The position numbers were made by a program, and so were the translations under genes. 64,000 bases of DNA from IMG/VR virus record IMGVR_UViG_3300044701_003160, positions 62,001-126,000 of that record. One strand, 5' to 3'. Shown piece by piece: positions 48,191 to 55,624 of this stretch. Position 1 is the stretch's first letter, and every line of letters starts with the position of its first letter. The notes under the pieces are model-generated. The model made no database searches and was not told the origin of the DNA. It saw nothing but the letters and a program-made list of their open reading frames with translations.

Positions 48191-49097
48191 ACCAGTTAAT
48201 CGTGTGTTCTAATCCTTGTTCTATAGTAAATCGTGGAGACCATCCTAATTCTTGGCGAATCTTAGTAATATCTGTAGAGTATCTACGGTCGTGCCCTGGC
48301 CTATCATTTACATATTTTATCATACTTTCATCCATATTCATATGACCTAAAATCATATGGACTAGGTTAATATTCTCAATTTCACACTCTCCACCAATAT
48401 TATACTTCTCCCCCACTCTACCGTTCATCCAGACCTGACACAATGCCTCACAGTGGTCTTGAACGTATAGCCAATCACGAACTTGTTTTCCATCGCCATA
48501 AACAGGAACTTTCTTACCTTGCTTGAGATTTGTGATTGCTTTAGGAATCATCTTCTCCACGAACTGCCTAGGTCCGTAGTTGTTAGAGCAGTTTGTAATT
48601 ATTGCTGGAAATCCATACGTGTTGTGATATGCCATTACAAAGTGGTCTGATGCTGCCTTAGAAGCAGAGTATGGGTTGCGTGGAGCATAGTTAGAGTTCT
48701 CTGTAAATTTTCCCTCTTCTATAGACCCATAGATTTCATCAGTAGAGATATGAATAAACTTTTCTACTGCATACTTCAAAGATAGATTTAATAGATTAAC
48801 AGTTCCCGAAATGTTTGTATGAATAAAAGGTGAACAATCTTCTATTGAATTATCCACATGACTTTCTGCAGCCAAGTGAAAAACTACATTTGGTCTATGT
48901 TTTTTAAATATAAAATCACAATTATATTGATCTACAATATCAGTTGTATAAAACTTTACTTGATCGGGAATATTGTTCCAATCAGCAGCATAAGTCAATT
49001 TGTCGATACAAATTACTTCTTCATCAAATGTTTTTACTAAATGATGAAGTAAATTACTACCAATAAATCCTGCACCACCTGTTACTAGAATAGTCAT
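48171..49097 (-). CDS. rfbB: dTDP-glucose 4,6-dehydratase
   Basis: TGGAGFIGS; HLAAESHVD; HISTDE.YG; PYSASKA; NCSNNYGP; DRPGHDRRY. Confidence 0.93.
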   Translation of the reverse strand: MTILVTGGAGFIGSNLLHHLVKTFDEEVICIDKLTYAADWNNIPDQVKFYTTDIVDQYNCDFIFKKHRPNVVFHLAAESHVDNSIEDCSPFIHTNISGTVNLLNLSLKYAVEKFIHISTDEIYGSIEEGKFTENSNYAPRNPYSASKAASDHFVMAYHNTYGFPAIITNCSNNYGPRQFVEKMIPKAITNLKQGKKVPVYGDGKQVRDWLYVQDHCEALCQVWMNGRVGEKYNIGGECEIENINLVHMILGHMNMDESMIKYVNDRPGHDRRYSTDITKIRQELGWSPRFTIEQGLEHTINWYERNWN

Positions 49098-49109
49098 ATT
49101 ATTTTAACT

Positions 49110-49958
49110 TCACATCATATTTTTTAATTGAGAGAATACTTTAGATATTCCCTCTTGTATATTAGTTTTGGGTTGCCACCATTTAATTATAAATGTATCT
49201 GGTCGATTTCTTTTGTCTAACTGAACAGTATCCTTTTCTTCTGATGGAACTACTTTTACACCATGTTTGCCGATTAAATTAAATTGACCCACAATAATTG
49301 AAGCAACATCAATAATCTTAGTTGAATTAAAACTTGTAATGTGAAGTTTATCTTCTGGACGAAACTCATTATAGTTTAACATAATTGTTTCTAATGCCTC
49401 GCAACAATCTTCAGCATATAAAAACTCTCTTTCTTCTTGACCATCAGTAAGCATATCAATTACGCCAGTCTCAAAACCTTTTTTAATAAAATCACTAATT
49501 ACGTGAGACTTTTCTAGATCACTCTCAATTCCATAAACATTCCAGAAATGAACAGTAAGACCTTGAAGGGTTTGGGTATAAAGTTCTCCTACTCGTTTCA
49601 TTACACCATAAGGAGAATAACTCATATTACTCATTTGAGATGAAGCAAACACGAATTTCTTTTTATACTTCTCAAGTAGTTCAAAAACATTCACCATCAA
49701 TCTTGCATTATTATTAATAAAGTCAAATGTGTGTTGATATTTTTTAAGGTAGCGAGATCCACCAACATCAAATGCAAGGAAGAATACAAAATCTGCATCC
49801 TCAATTACTTTATTAAGCTCCAGATTAGGAATAATTCTCATATCCTGATGTTCACCGTTTAAAATATCAAACTCATGAACTTGATGATTTTTATTGCGAA
49901 AATATTCAGTTAGATATTTTCCTATTTGTCCCGATGACCCTAAAATAGTAATCTTCAT
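49110..49958 (-). CDS. NAD-dependent epimerase/dehydratase
   Basis: GSSGQIG; FASSQMS; YGVMK; GQEEREFLYAED. Confidence 0.85.
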   Translation of the reverse strand: MKITILGSSGQIGKYLTEYFRNKNHQVHEFDILNGEHQDMRIIPNLELNKVIEDADFVFFLAFDVGGSRYLKKYQHTFDFINNNARLMVNVFELLEKYKKKFVFASSQMSNMSYSPYGVMKRVGELYTQTLQGLTVHFWNVYGIESDLEKSHVISDFIKKGFETGVIDMLTDGQEEREFLYAEDCCEALETIMLNYNEFRPEDKLHITSFNSTKIIDVASIIVGQFNLIGKHGVKVVPSEEKDTVQLDKRNRPDTFIIKWWQPKTNIQEGISKVFSQLKNMM

Positions 49959-49981
49959 TTATTGAAAGTATTCTCAATATT

Positions 49982-50020
49982 ATTATACAAAAAAAGTAGA
50001 GTTTAGTCAACTCTACTTTT
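49982..50020 (-). terminator. Terminator/promoter cassette heading the glycan operon
   Basis: GTAGAG-ttgactaaa-CTCTAC-T7; TTGACT-N17-TATAAT. Confidence 0.85.
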
Positions 50021-50077
50021 AGATTACACTAATTTTCTAAAAACTACGCGGTAGTAAGTGCCAAGTAACTAGTATAG

Positions 50078-50590
50078 TCACAATTGATCATTTTTAAGTA
50101 AATATTTTTCCAATAATTCTGGAGAATATTGTTGAGGAGTTTCGATAATTTGTTTTTGTTCTCTTTTTTCTTTTTCTAAAAGATAAACACGATTTCGAAT
50201 TTCTGTTGAAGAATATTGGTGCCTTCGCAAATGATAATAAATTTGAATTCCATTATCAATACAATACTGTTTTCCAGTTACTTCGATATGGCGATATTCT
50301 TCACTTAAGAAACGAATGTGAAATGTTTGTGTCTGAATTAAATTTAACAAATCTGCTTCAGTTTCATACACTAAAATTTCATCAACATATTTACATCCTT
50401 GCAGTTGTACATAGCGTTCATAAGCAGACTGCACTGGTTTATTTTTAATTCCGGGTCGGTCTATCGTAGGATCTATTTGAAGTGCGACTTTCAGATAATC
50501 ACATAGTTCCCTTTCCATTCTAAGCATAGTTACATGCCCAGCATGAAATAAATCAAATGAGCTACAATTAAATCCTATTTTCATATACAA
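50078..50590 (-). CDS. Cytidylyltransferase (TagD / glycerol-3-phosphate CT-like)
   Basis: SSFDLFHAGH (HxGH); ER...L..CKYVDE; YSSTEIR. Confidence 0.88.
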   Translation of the reverse strand: MYMKIGFNCSSFDLFHAGHVTMLRMERELCDYLKVALQIDPTIDRPGIKNKPVQSAYERYVQLQGCKYVDEILVYETEADLLNLIQTQTFHIRFLSEEYRHIEVTGKQYCIDNGIQIYYHLRRHQYSSTEIRNRVYLLEKEKREQKQIIETPQQYSPELLEKYLLKNDQL

Positions 50591-50604
50591 GATGTTTTCA
50601 TACT

Positions 50605-50643
50605 ATTATACAAAAAAAGGAGAGTTTAGTCAACTCTCCTTTA
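50605..50643 (-). terminator. Second near-identical terminator/promoter cassette
   Basis: GGAGAG-ttgactaaa-CTCTCC-T7; TTGACT-N17-TATAAT. Confidence 0.85.
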
Positions 50644-50649
50644 GGGTCT

Positions 50650-50842
50650 TTTAGGCTCGCCACCAATTCTTTGACTGGAAATTGGAAACCAGGCGGGAGT
50701 AAGATCCCATCCGCACCACCAATCCTTGAGAGAGATTGGAAACTCATAATAGGGTCATATTGACTCCACCAGTACTTTTAGAGTCTCTCCGTGACTAAAG
50801 GGGTTCATCACCGACCAGGGCTAGTTTTAAGTCATACCGGGA
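50650..50842 (-). ncRNA. Structured ~190-nt RNA (manA/wcaG-type cyanophage motif candidate)
   Basis: No ORF; hairpins CCAATC/GATTGG, GCGG/CCGC, CCAATT/AATTGG; UGGUG and UGGCG motifs; lies between tRNA region and glycan genes. Confidence 0.6.
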
Positions 50843-51103
50843 CTATTCTTCATCTTCCTCACCATCATCTTTAATGTAACAAGGAACTGTATCTGGATCC
50901 AACCAACGGGCATATTGATGGTCCTCCATAGCAGTCAGACACTGCATTTGATTATCAAAGAGATAGATGTCATTCCATCTTTTTGTATATTCATTTTTCT
51001 TTTGAAGACGGTAATCAGGTTTACCGTTAAGTTCAATAATACCAACCTCAACAAATCGGTATTCTTCACGCTCCAAAAGAACTTTGGGAAGTTGAGTATT
51101 CAT
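50843..51103 (-). CDS. Hypothetical protein
   Basis: 86-aa ORF. Confidence 0.65.
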   Translation of the reverse strand: MNTQLPKVLLEREEYRFVEVGIIELNGKPDYRLQKKNEYTKRWNDIYLFDNQMQCLTAMEDHQYARWLDPDTVPCYIKDDGEEDEE

Positions 51104-51318
51104 TATGCAACTTCTACAGTTTCCAAATCAGCAGAGACATATTCCATAAGAATCTCATAGTCATCAAGAGGATCACCAGAGAATACTACACCTTCGTTCT
51201 CATAATAGCGGCGGACTTTTTTGTAAAGTTTCGGATTCTTTACATCAAGATAGAAATCACCATTCGCAGCAGAACGAAGAGTTTGAACGTCTTTCTTAAA
51301 TTTAGTAGTCAGAGTCAT
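51103..51318 (-). CDS. Hypothetical protein
   Basis: Likely start MTLTTKFKKD; stop overlaps next start. Confidence 0.65.
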   Translation of the reverse strand: MTLTTKFKKDVQTLRSAANGDFYLDVKNPKLYKKVRRYYENEGVVFSGDPLDDYEILMEYVSADLETVEVA

Positions 51319-51394
51319 TTTTTTGTTTGTTGACCTTGTAATTATAAAGGGTTGAAGTTTGAAAGTCAAGAGAGACACTTTGAGAAGTGTCTGA

Positions 51395-51467
51395 TGCTCC
51401 TTGCGTGGATCGAACACGCCTCAGGCGAATTATGAGTTCGCTGCATTCACCAGATTGCTAAAGGAGC
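51395..51467 (-). tRNA. tRNA with CAT anticodon (Ile2 or Met)
   Basis: GCTCCTT/AAGGAGC acceptor; GCGAA-CTCATAA-TTCGC; GTTCGAT T-loop; no encoded CCA. Confidence 0.88.
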
Positions 51468-51468
51468 G

Positions 51469-51882
51469 TTATTCATTTAATTGTCGTCTTTGTTTATGAT
51501 ACCCAACTTTTTTATTTAAAGTTTTATAAGTATCTGTTAAAGTATGACAATTAGGACACAAAACTCTTAAATTTTCTTTGTATCCATTTTCTCTTGATCC
51601 ATCTATGTGATCTATTTCAAGATAGATAATACCGTTTGTTGGATTTGGTTTTCCCCATCCACATTCGGAACACTTATATCCTGCCTCTTCAAGCATAAAT
51701 CTTCTAACAAAATCACTTGGTCTTCCATCTCTAACTTTGCCAGTTATTTTTTTAGATAACCAATCAGATATATTTTGTTTATAATAATCTTCTTGTTGGC
51801 ATTTATTAGAGCAGTAAATACCTTTTCCTTGTGAAGGAGAATACTTAAAGTTTTTTTTGCAGTTTTTACAAGTTCCTATCAT
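51469..51882 (-). CDS. HNH endonuclease
   Basis: CxxC...YCSNKC; CSECG...EIDHIDG...N.KENLRVLCPNCH. Confidence 0.9.
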   Translation of the reverse strand: MIGTCKNCKKNFKYSPSQGKGIYCSNKCQQEDYYKQNISDWLSKKITGKVRDGRPSDFVRRFMLEEAGYKCSECGWGKPNPTNGIIYLEIDHIDGSRENGYKENLRVLCPNCHTLTDTYKTLNKKVGYHKQRRQLNE

Positions 51883-51936
51883 CGATGTTAGACCACTCTA
51901 CACTTTTATTTATACTCTAAGTGTAGTTTAGAGTAA

Positions 51937-52024
51937 TACGAGTGCCTGGATTCGAACCAGGTCAAAGCCGCTAATCTGGCGGAAAGAGTTTATAAGACTC
52001 CTCTGACTACCAAGTCTCACTCGC
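51937..52024 (-). tRNA. tRNA-Ile(TAT) with long variable arm
   Basis: GCGAGTG/CACTCGT; GGAGT-CTTATAA-ACTCT; variable hairpin CCGC/GCGG; 88 nt. Confidence 0.8.
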
Positions 52025-52063
52025 ATAAAACCAAATCTATAATAGCGGATCTGGAACGCTTCG

Positions 52064-52291
52064 TCAAGACCCTTCTTCGTGATCGGTATGAATTTTGACT
52101 ATCTCCTCAAAATCCACATTTGACTCTTCACATATACTAACCACATCTTTATAAGGAACCATTACAGCATTTCCGTGTTTGCTAGTAATAAGAAATGATT
52201 CACCATTCTCAACTCTATTCATTAGAGCATCAAAGTCTGATTGAAATTCTTCGATTGTAAATGATTGAAGTTGGTTTAGTTCTTGATTCAT
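52064..52291 (-). CDS. Phd/YefM antitoxin-like protein
   Basis: FTIEEFQSDFDALMNRVENGESFLIT.KHGNAVMVPY fits the Phd N-terminal pattern. Confidence 0.55.
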   Translation of the reverse strand: MNQELNQLQSFTIEEFQSDFDALMNRVENGESFLITSKHGNAVMVPYKDVVSICEESNVDFEEIVKIHTDHEEGS

Positions 52292-52314
52292 TTTTATAAT
52301 ATAAAGATTATAAG

Positions 52315-52388
52315 TCGGGACGATAGGATTTGAACCTACGGCCTGACGCTCCCAAAGCGCCTGCTCTACCAAACTGAGCTACGTCCCG
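52315..52388 (-). tRNA. tRNA-Pro(TGG)
   Basis: CGGGACG/CGTCCCG; anticodon loop TTTGGGA. Confidence 0.95.
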
Positions 52389-52412
52389 ATTTCTTTGTGT
52401 ATCCTATCAGGT

Positions 52413-52571
52413 TTATCGAACCCTGTCAACCACCTGAAGAACACCGTGAGCATAAAAGAAAAGGAGTACTGAACCGATTGTTGCTGATATTATTGTAGCA
52501 GTTTTATTGTGCCTGTCAATGGCTTTTGCAACTGACTGGTCGATCATTTCTTGAACTTCTTCAGGTGTCAT
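52413..52571 (-). CDS. Small membrane protein (52 aa)
   Basis: MTPEEVQEMIDQSVAKAIDRHNK...IGSVLLFFYAHGVL. Confidence 0.55.
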   Translation of the reverse strand: MTPEEVQEMIDQSVAKAIDRHNKTATIISATIGSVLLFFYAHGVLQVVDRVR

Positions 52572-52716
52572 TTTTATTACCAAGAAATTTTGCCAGAGGA
52601 TCTCTTTTTGTTCTAATTATTTCACACGCTCTTTTATAAAACATATTATCAGTATTACCTGATGATTCAAACGTTTCCTTTATTTTAACCCAATTTTGGT
52701 ATGTGTGATCATCCAT
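52561..52716 (-). CDS. Small hypothetical protein (51 aa)
   Basis: MDDHTYQNWVKIKETFESSGNTDNMFYKRACEI... Confidence 0.6.
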   Translation of the reverse strand: MDDHTYQNWVKIKETFESSGNTDNMFYKRACEIIRTKRDPLAKFLGNKNDT

Positions 52717-52803
52717 TTGGGATCTATACGTTATTATTACTAATTTAGTTTAATTAACAATCTTATTTTGTCAAGTATGTGTGGATATCATCATAATTTT
52801 AAA

Positions 52804-52888
52804 CGGTGAGGAAAGGATTCGAACCTTCGGATGCTTTCACATCGACTGTTTTCAAGACAGTTGCCTTAAACCACTCGGCCACCTCACC
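52804..52888 (-). tRNA. tRNA-Ser(TGA)
   Basis: GGTGAGG/CCTCACC; ACTGT-CTTGAAA-ACAGT; long variable arm. Confidence 0.95.
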
Positions 52889-53243
52889 ATATTATTTCCA
52901 ATAAACCAGCGTGTATTTTACGATGACACGGAGAACAGAGCATATAACATTTATCTATTTCTGTTTGGATTGTCTCCCATTTGTATCCTTTTCCCGCTAA
53001 GTAAGAAACTTCCTTTTTCTTATTTTCTGCCTCAATATGATGAAAATCAAAACAACAGGGAGGATGGTAATCTCCACAAGCATCACAACAACCTTTTTCA
53101 AGTTTTAATTGATTTAGTTTTTCAACCATCAACTTTTTATTATTATATTCTCTTTGGTATTTAATTTTTTTAAATTCTCCAGATTGTTTTTGAGCCCAAA
53201 GACGTTGTGCTTCTTTTTGCTTTTCTTTATCTTTATAAGGCAT
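52884..53243 (-). CDS. HNH endonuclease
   Basis: CDACG..HPPCCFDFHH...EIDKCYMLCSPCHRKIH; stop overlaps tRNA-Ser 5' end. Confidence 0.85.
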   Translation of the reverse strand: MPYKDKEKQKEAQRLWAQKQSGEFKKIKYQREYNNKKLMVEKLNQLKLEKGCCDACGDYHPPCCFDFHHIEAENKKKEVSYLAGKGYKWETIQTEIDKCYMLCSPCHRKIHAGLLEIIW

Positions 53244-53284
53244 ATCATTTAAAAGGTTCTAATTTATTTATAAAAAATTAGAAC

Positions 53285-53536
53285 TTAACGGACTTCGAAA
53301 TCAAGACGCCTCACTTTTCTTTGGCGTCTTTGTTCTTGCCAGGCAATATCCTGGGAGGTTAACACGTTTGTTTTTGGTGTTTCCTTTAATGAGTTTAGCA
53401 TTACAATACGGGATAAGTCAACTGCCGAAATCTTATCTCCTCTAATTGTTGCCATATTGGGACATCCACAACTAATAGTTTTTGAAGAGTGCCCCACTAA
53501 TTCTTTACTGCAATCTTTGCATCTTATTGATATCAT
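53285..53536 (-). CDS. Hypothetical Zn-ribbon protein
   Basis: CKDC...CGCPN. Confidence 0.65.
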   Translation of the reverse strand: MISIRCKDCSKELVGHSSKTISCGCPNMATIRGDKISAVDLSRIVMLNSLKETPKTNVLTSQDIAWQEQRRQRKVRRLDFEVR

Positions 53537-53551
53537 TTTTTGTTACCGTAA

Positions 53552-53986
53552 TCACTGTAAATGTGCTCTTAATTGCCAAACAAATTTTCCGTGAGATTCC
53601 ATCAAATCTTGAACTAGATTGGCAGTTGCATAAGATTTTTGAGTTTCAGACTCTTCCGAAATTTCACCCATTAACTCACAAAATTTAGTATTGTTATCCA
53701 AAAGTTCTTGAAGCATCTCTTTTGCTCCCGTAGAACTTGTTGCTTCTTTGATTTGAGTTACTTCAAGCATTCTTGAAAGAGAACTTAAAGGTTTTACATT
53801 TAAGTATCTCATATGTTCGGAGAGCCTGTCAATCTCTTCAAACATCGTTTCATATTGTCCACCAAACAGTTGATGAAGTTGAGTAAAGTCTTCACCTACA
53901 ACATTCCAGTGAAATGCCCAGGTTTTATGGAACAAAACAAAAAGTGATGACTGAGCATCACTGAGTAATTTATAAAGTTTTTCCAT
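53552..53986 (-). CDS. dps: Dps/ferritin-like DNA-protection protein
   Basis: KTWAFHWNVVG.DF.QLH.LF..QY...EIDRLSEH ferroxidase pattern. Confidence 0.9.
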   Translation of the reverse strand: MEKLYKLLSDAQSSLFVLFHKTWAFHWNVVGEDFTQLHQLFGGQYETMFEEIDRLSEHMRYLNVKPLSSLSRMLEVTQIKEATSSTGAKEMLQELLDNNTKFCELMGEISEESETQKSYATANLVQDLMESHGKFVWQLRAHLQ

Positions 53987-54014
53987 TATACTTTTTTTCA
54001 AGTATTTATGCAAA

Positions 54015-54087
54015 TGGGAGCAGAGGGATTCGAACCCCCGACATTCTGCGTGTAAAGCAGACGCTGCTACCGCTGAGCTATGCTCCC
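54015..54087 (-). tRNA. tRNA-Val(TAC)
   Basis: GGGAGCA/TGCTCCC; TCTGC-TTTACAC-GCAGA. Confidence 0.95.
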
Positions 54088-54090
54088 TTG

Positions 54091-54162
54091 TCCTCTGTCT
54101 GGGAATCGAACCCAGTATCCGTGTGTGTTGTCCACCCGTCCTTACCAATAGACTACCAGAGG
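54091..54162 (-). ncRNA. tRNA-like element with non-canonical anticodon arm
   Basis: CCTCTG/CAGAGG acceptor, GTCT..TGGTAA..GGAC D-arm, CTGGG-TTCGATT-CCCAG T-arm; anticodon arm GGTGG-ACAACAC-ACACG lacks U33 and pairs poorly. Confidence 0.7.
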
Positions 54163-54164
54163 TA

Positions 54165-54236
54165 CTCCACAACCTGGATTCGAACCAGGGACCAATCGAT
54201 TAACAGTCGATGGCTCTACCGCTGAGCTATTGTGGA
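54165..54236 (-). tRNA. tRNA-Asn(GTT)
   Basis: TCCACAA/TTGTGGA; ATCGA-CTGTTAA-TCGAT. Confidence 0.95.
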
Positions 54237-54244
54237 ATGTTCTA

Positions 54245-54448
54245 CTACTTAGAACTTACAAAATCATTAATCGTTTCTGCTTGCTTAAGAACATCCTGTA
54301 GAGTTGGAAACTCTGGATAATCCATCTTCACAGTATTTGAAGAATTTAGATTCCAATAACGAGCAGTATCCATTTCAGTACTGAACTGATCATTTAGCAT
54401 ATTATATGCTTGCTTGAAGATTTCAAAACGAAGTTCGTAAGGTGTCAT
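54245..54448 (-). CDS. Hypothetical protein
   Basis: MTPYELRFEIFKQA...AETINDFVS; GGAG RBS. Confidence 0.7.
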   Translation of the reverse strand: MTPYELRFEIFKQAYNMLNDQFSTEMDTARYWNLNSSNTVKMDYPEFPTLQDVLKQAETINDFVSSK

Positions 54449-54495
54449 TTATTTACTCCCGTGTGTTTGTGTGTTTAAAGAACCTGAAGGTTCAG

Positions 54496-54566
54496 AGCGA
54501 GTGACGGGGATCGAACCCGTGACAAGAGCTTGGAAGGCTCGCATGTTACCGCTACACCACACTCGC
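54496..54566 (-). tRNA. tRNA-Gly(TCC)
   Basis: GCGAGTG/CACTCGC; anticodon loop CTTCCAA; own promoter TTGACA-N17-TATGAT (54576-54604). Confidence 0.95.
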
Positions 54567-54605
54567 AATAAGACAATCATAAGGTATAAAACCCAGATTG
54601 TCAAG

Positions 54606-54687
54606 TGCCCAAAAGAGGACTTGAACCTCCACAGATAAATCTACAGGAACCTAAACCCTGCGCGTCTACCAATTCCGCCATTTGGGC
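54606..54687 (-). tRNA. tRNA-Leu(TAG)
   Basis: GCCCAAA/TTTGGGC; CAGGG-TTTAGGT-TCCTG; variable arm. Confidence 0.93.
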
Positions 54688-54690
54688 GGA

Positions 54691-54763
54691 TGGAGAATAG
54701 GAGACTCGAACTCCTGACACCCGCCTTGCAAAGGCCGCGCTCTACCAACTGAGCTAATTCCCC
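54691..54763 (-). tRNA. tRNA-Ala(TGC)
   Basis: GGGGAAT/ATTCTCC with G3:U70; loop TTTGCAA. Confidence 0.93.
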
Positions 54764-54840
54764 AAGATGGAGTAAGTGTGATATACCTCATAAGGATATA
54801 ACAGTGACTTACCCTCTATCACTTTTATATATTACACCAG

Positions 54841-55392
54841 TTATTCGATGGTGTCAAGTCTTAATTTAGAGTGTATCTCTCTGTGACAATTAGAACAAAC
54901 ACATATACATTTGTCAAGTTCCTTTTTTTGGTCTTCCCATTTTCGTATTTTAATGTTACCAAAGTTTTTATCTTTTTGTGATGGGTCTATATGATGAAAC
55001 TCTAAAGCATCGATACACTTATCATATCCGCACCTCTCACATTTTCCACCTTTATAATCAACTGCTCTTTTTTTATTATTTTGCCACCTTTCTACAGAAT
55101 ATTTGTTGTGGCATTTTTTACAATTTGCTTGCCATATTTTTTTACTTTCACGCCAATATCCAGTTTTTTCTGTCAAAAGAACTTTACATTTAGAGCAATT
55201 TTGAATTGGTTTACCATCTACTTTTAAAATTGGATTTAAAATATATCCATCTTTAAATGTTTTATGTTTTGTTTTTAATTGATATTTGTCTAACCAATAC
55301 CTAACAGTGGTTTTTCCTTTACTTTCAAGTTTAGATATTTGTGAGGTTGACATTCCATCTTCAATATATTCTATTAATTTTTGTTTATCCAT
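54841..55392 (-). CDS. HNH endonuclease with N-terminal HTH
   Basis: YKGGKCERCGY.KC..ALEFHH.DP...ELDKC..VCSNCHREIH; contains TTGACA-N17-TAATAT promoter (54829-54857) for downstream tRNAs. Confidence 0.9.
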   Translation of the reverse strand: MDKQKLIEYIEDGMSTSQISKLESKGKTTVRYWLDKYQLKTKHKTFKDGYILNPILKVDGKPIQNCSKCKVLLTEKTGYWRESKKIWQANCKKCHNKYSVERWQNNKKRAVDYKGGKCERCGYDKCIDALEFHHIDPSQKDKNFGNIKIRKWEDQKKELDKCICVCSNCHREIHSKLRLDTIE

Positions 55393-55438
55393 TAGTCCAA
55401 AGGAAATATATTATTATTTATACAATTGAACTATTTAA

Positions 55439-55511
55439 CAGGCGTACCTGGATTTGAACCAGGGATAAGGCTTTAGAAGAGCCGTGTGATAATCCACTTC
55501 ACCATACGCCC
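55439..55511 (-). tRNA. tRNA-Arg(TCT)
   Basis: GGGCGTA/TACGCCT; GGCT-CTTCTAA-AGCC. Confidence 0.92.
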
Positions 55512-55624
55512 ATAAGGAACCTCCCTGTTTGTGCATCGTTGAGAGGCATAGGAGGTGTGGGATTTATGAGAAGTTTGGACCTCCTCCACCCGTGAAACTA
55601 CTATAAGGCATCAGAGCACTAAAG

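Noticed and set aside
52292-52372. N-terminal extension of ORF 52064 (and of dps at 53987-54172)
   Set aside because: The extensions run through tRNA genes; downstream ATGs are the plausible starts.
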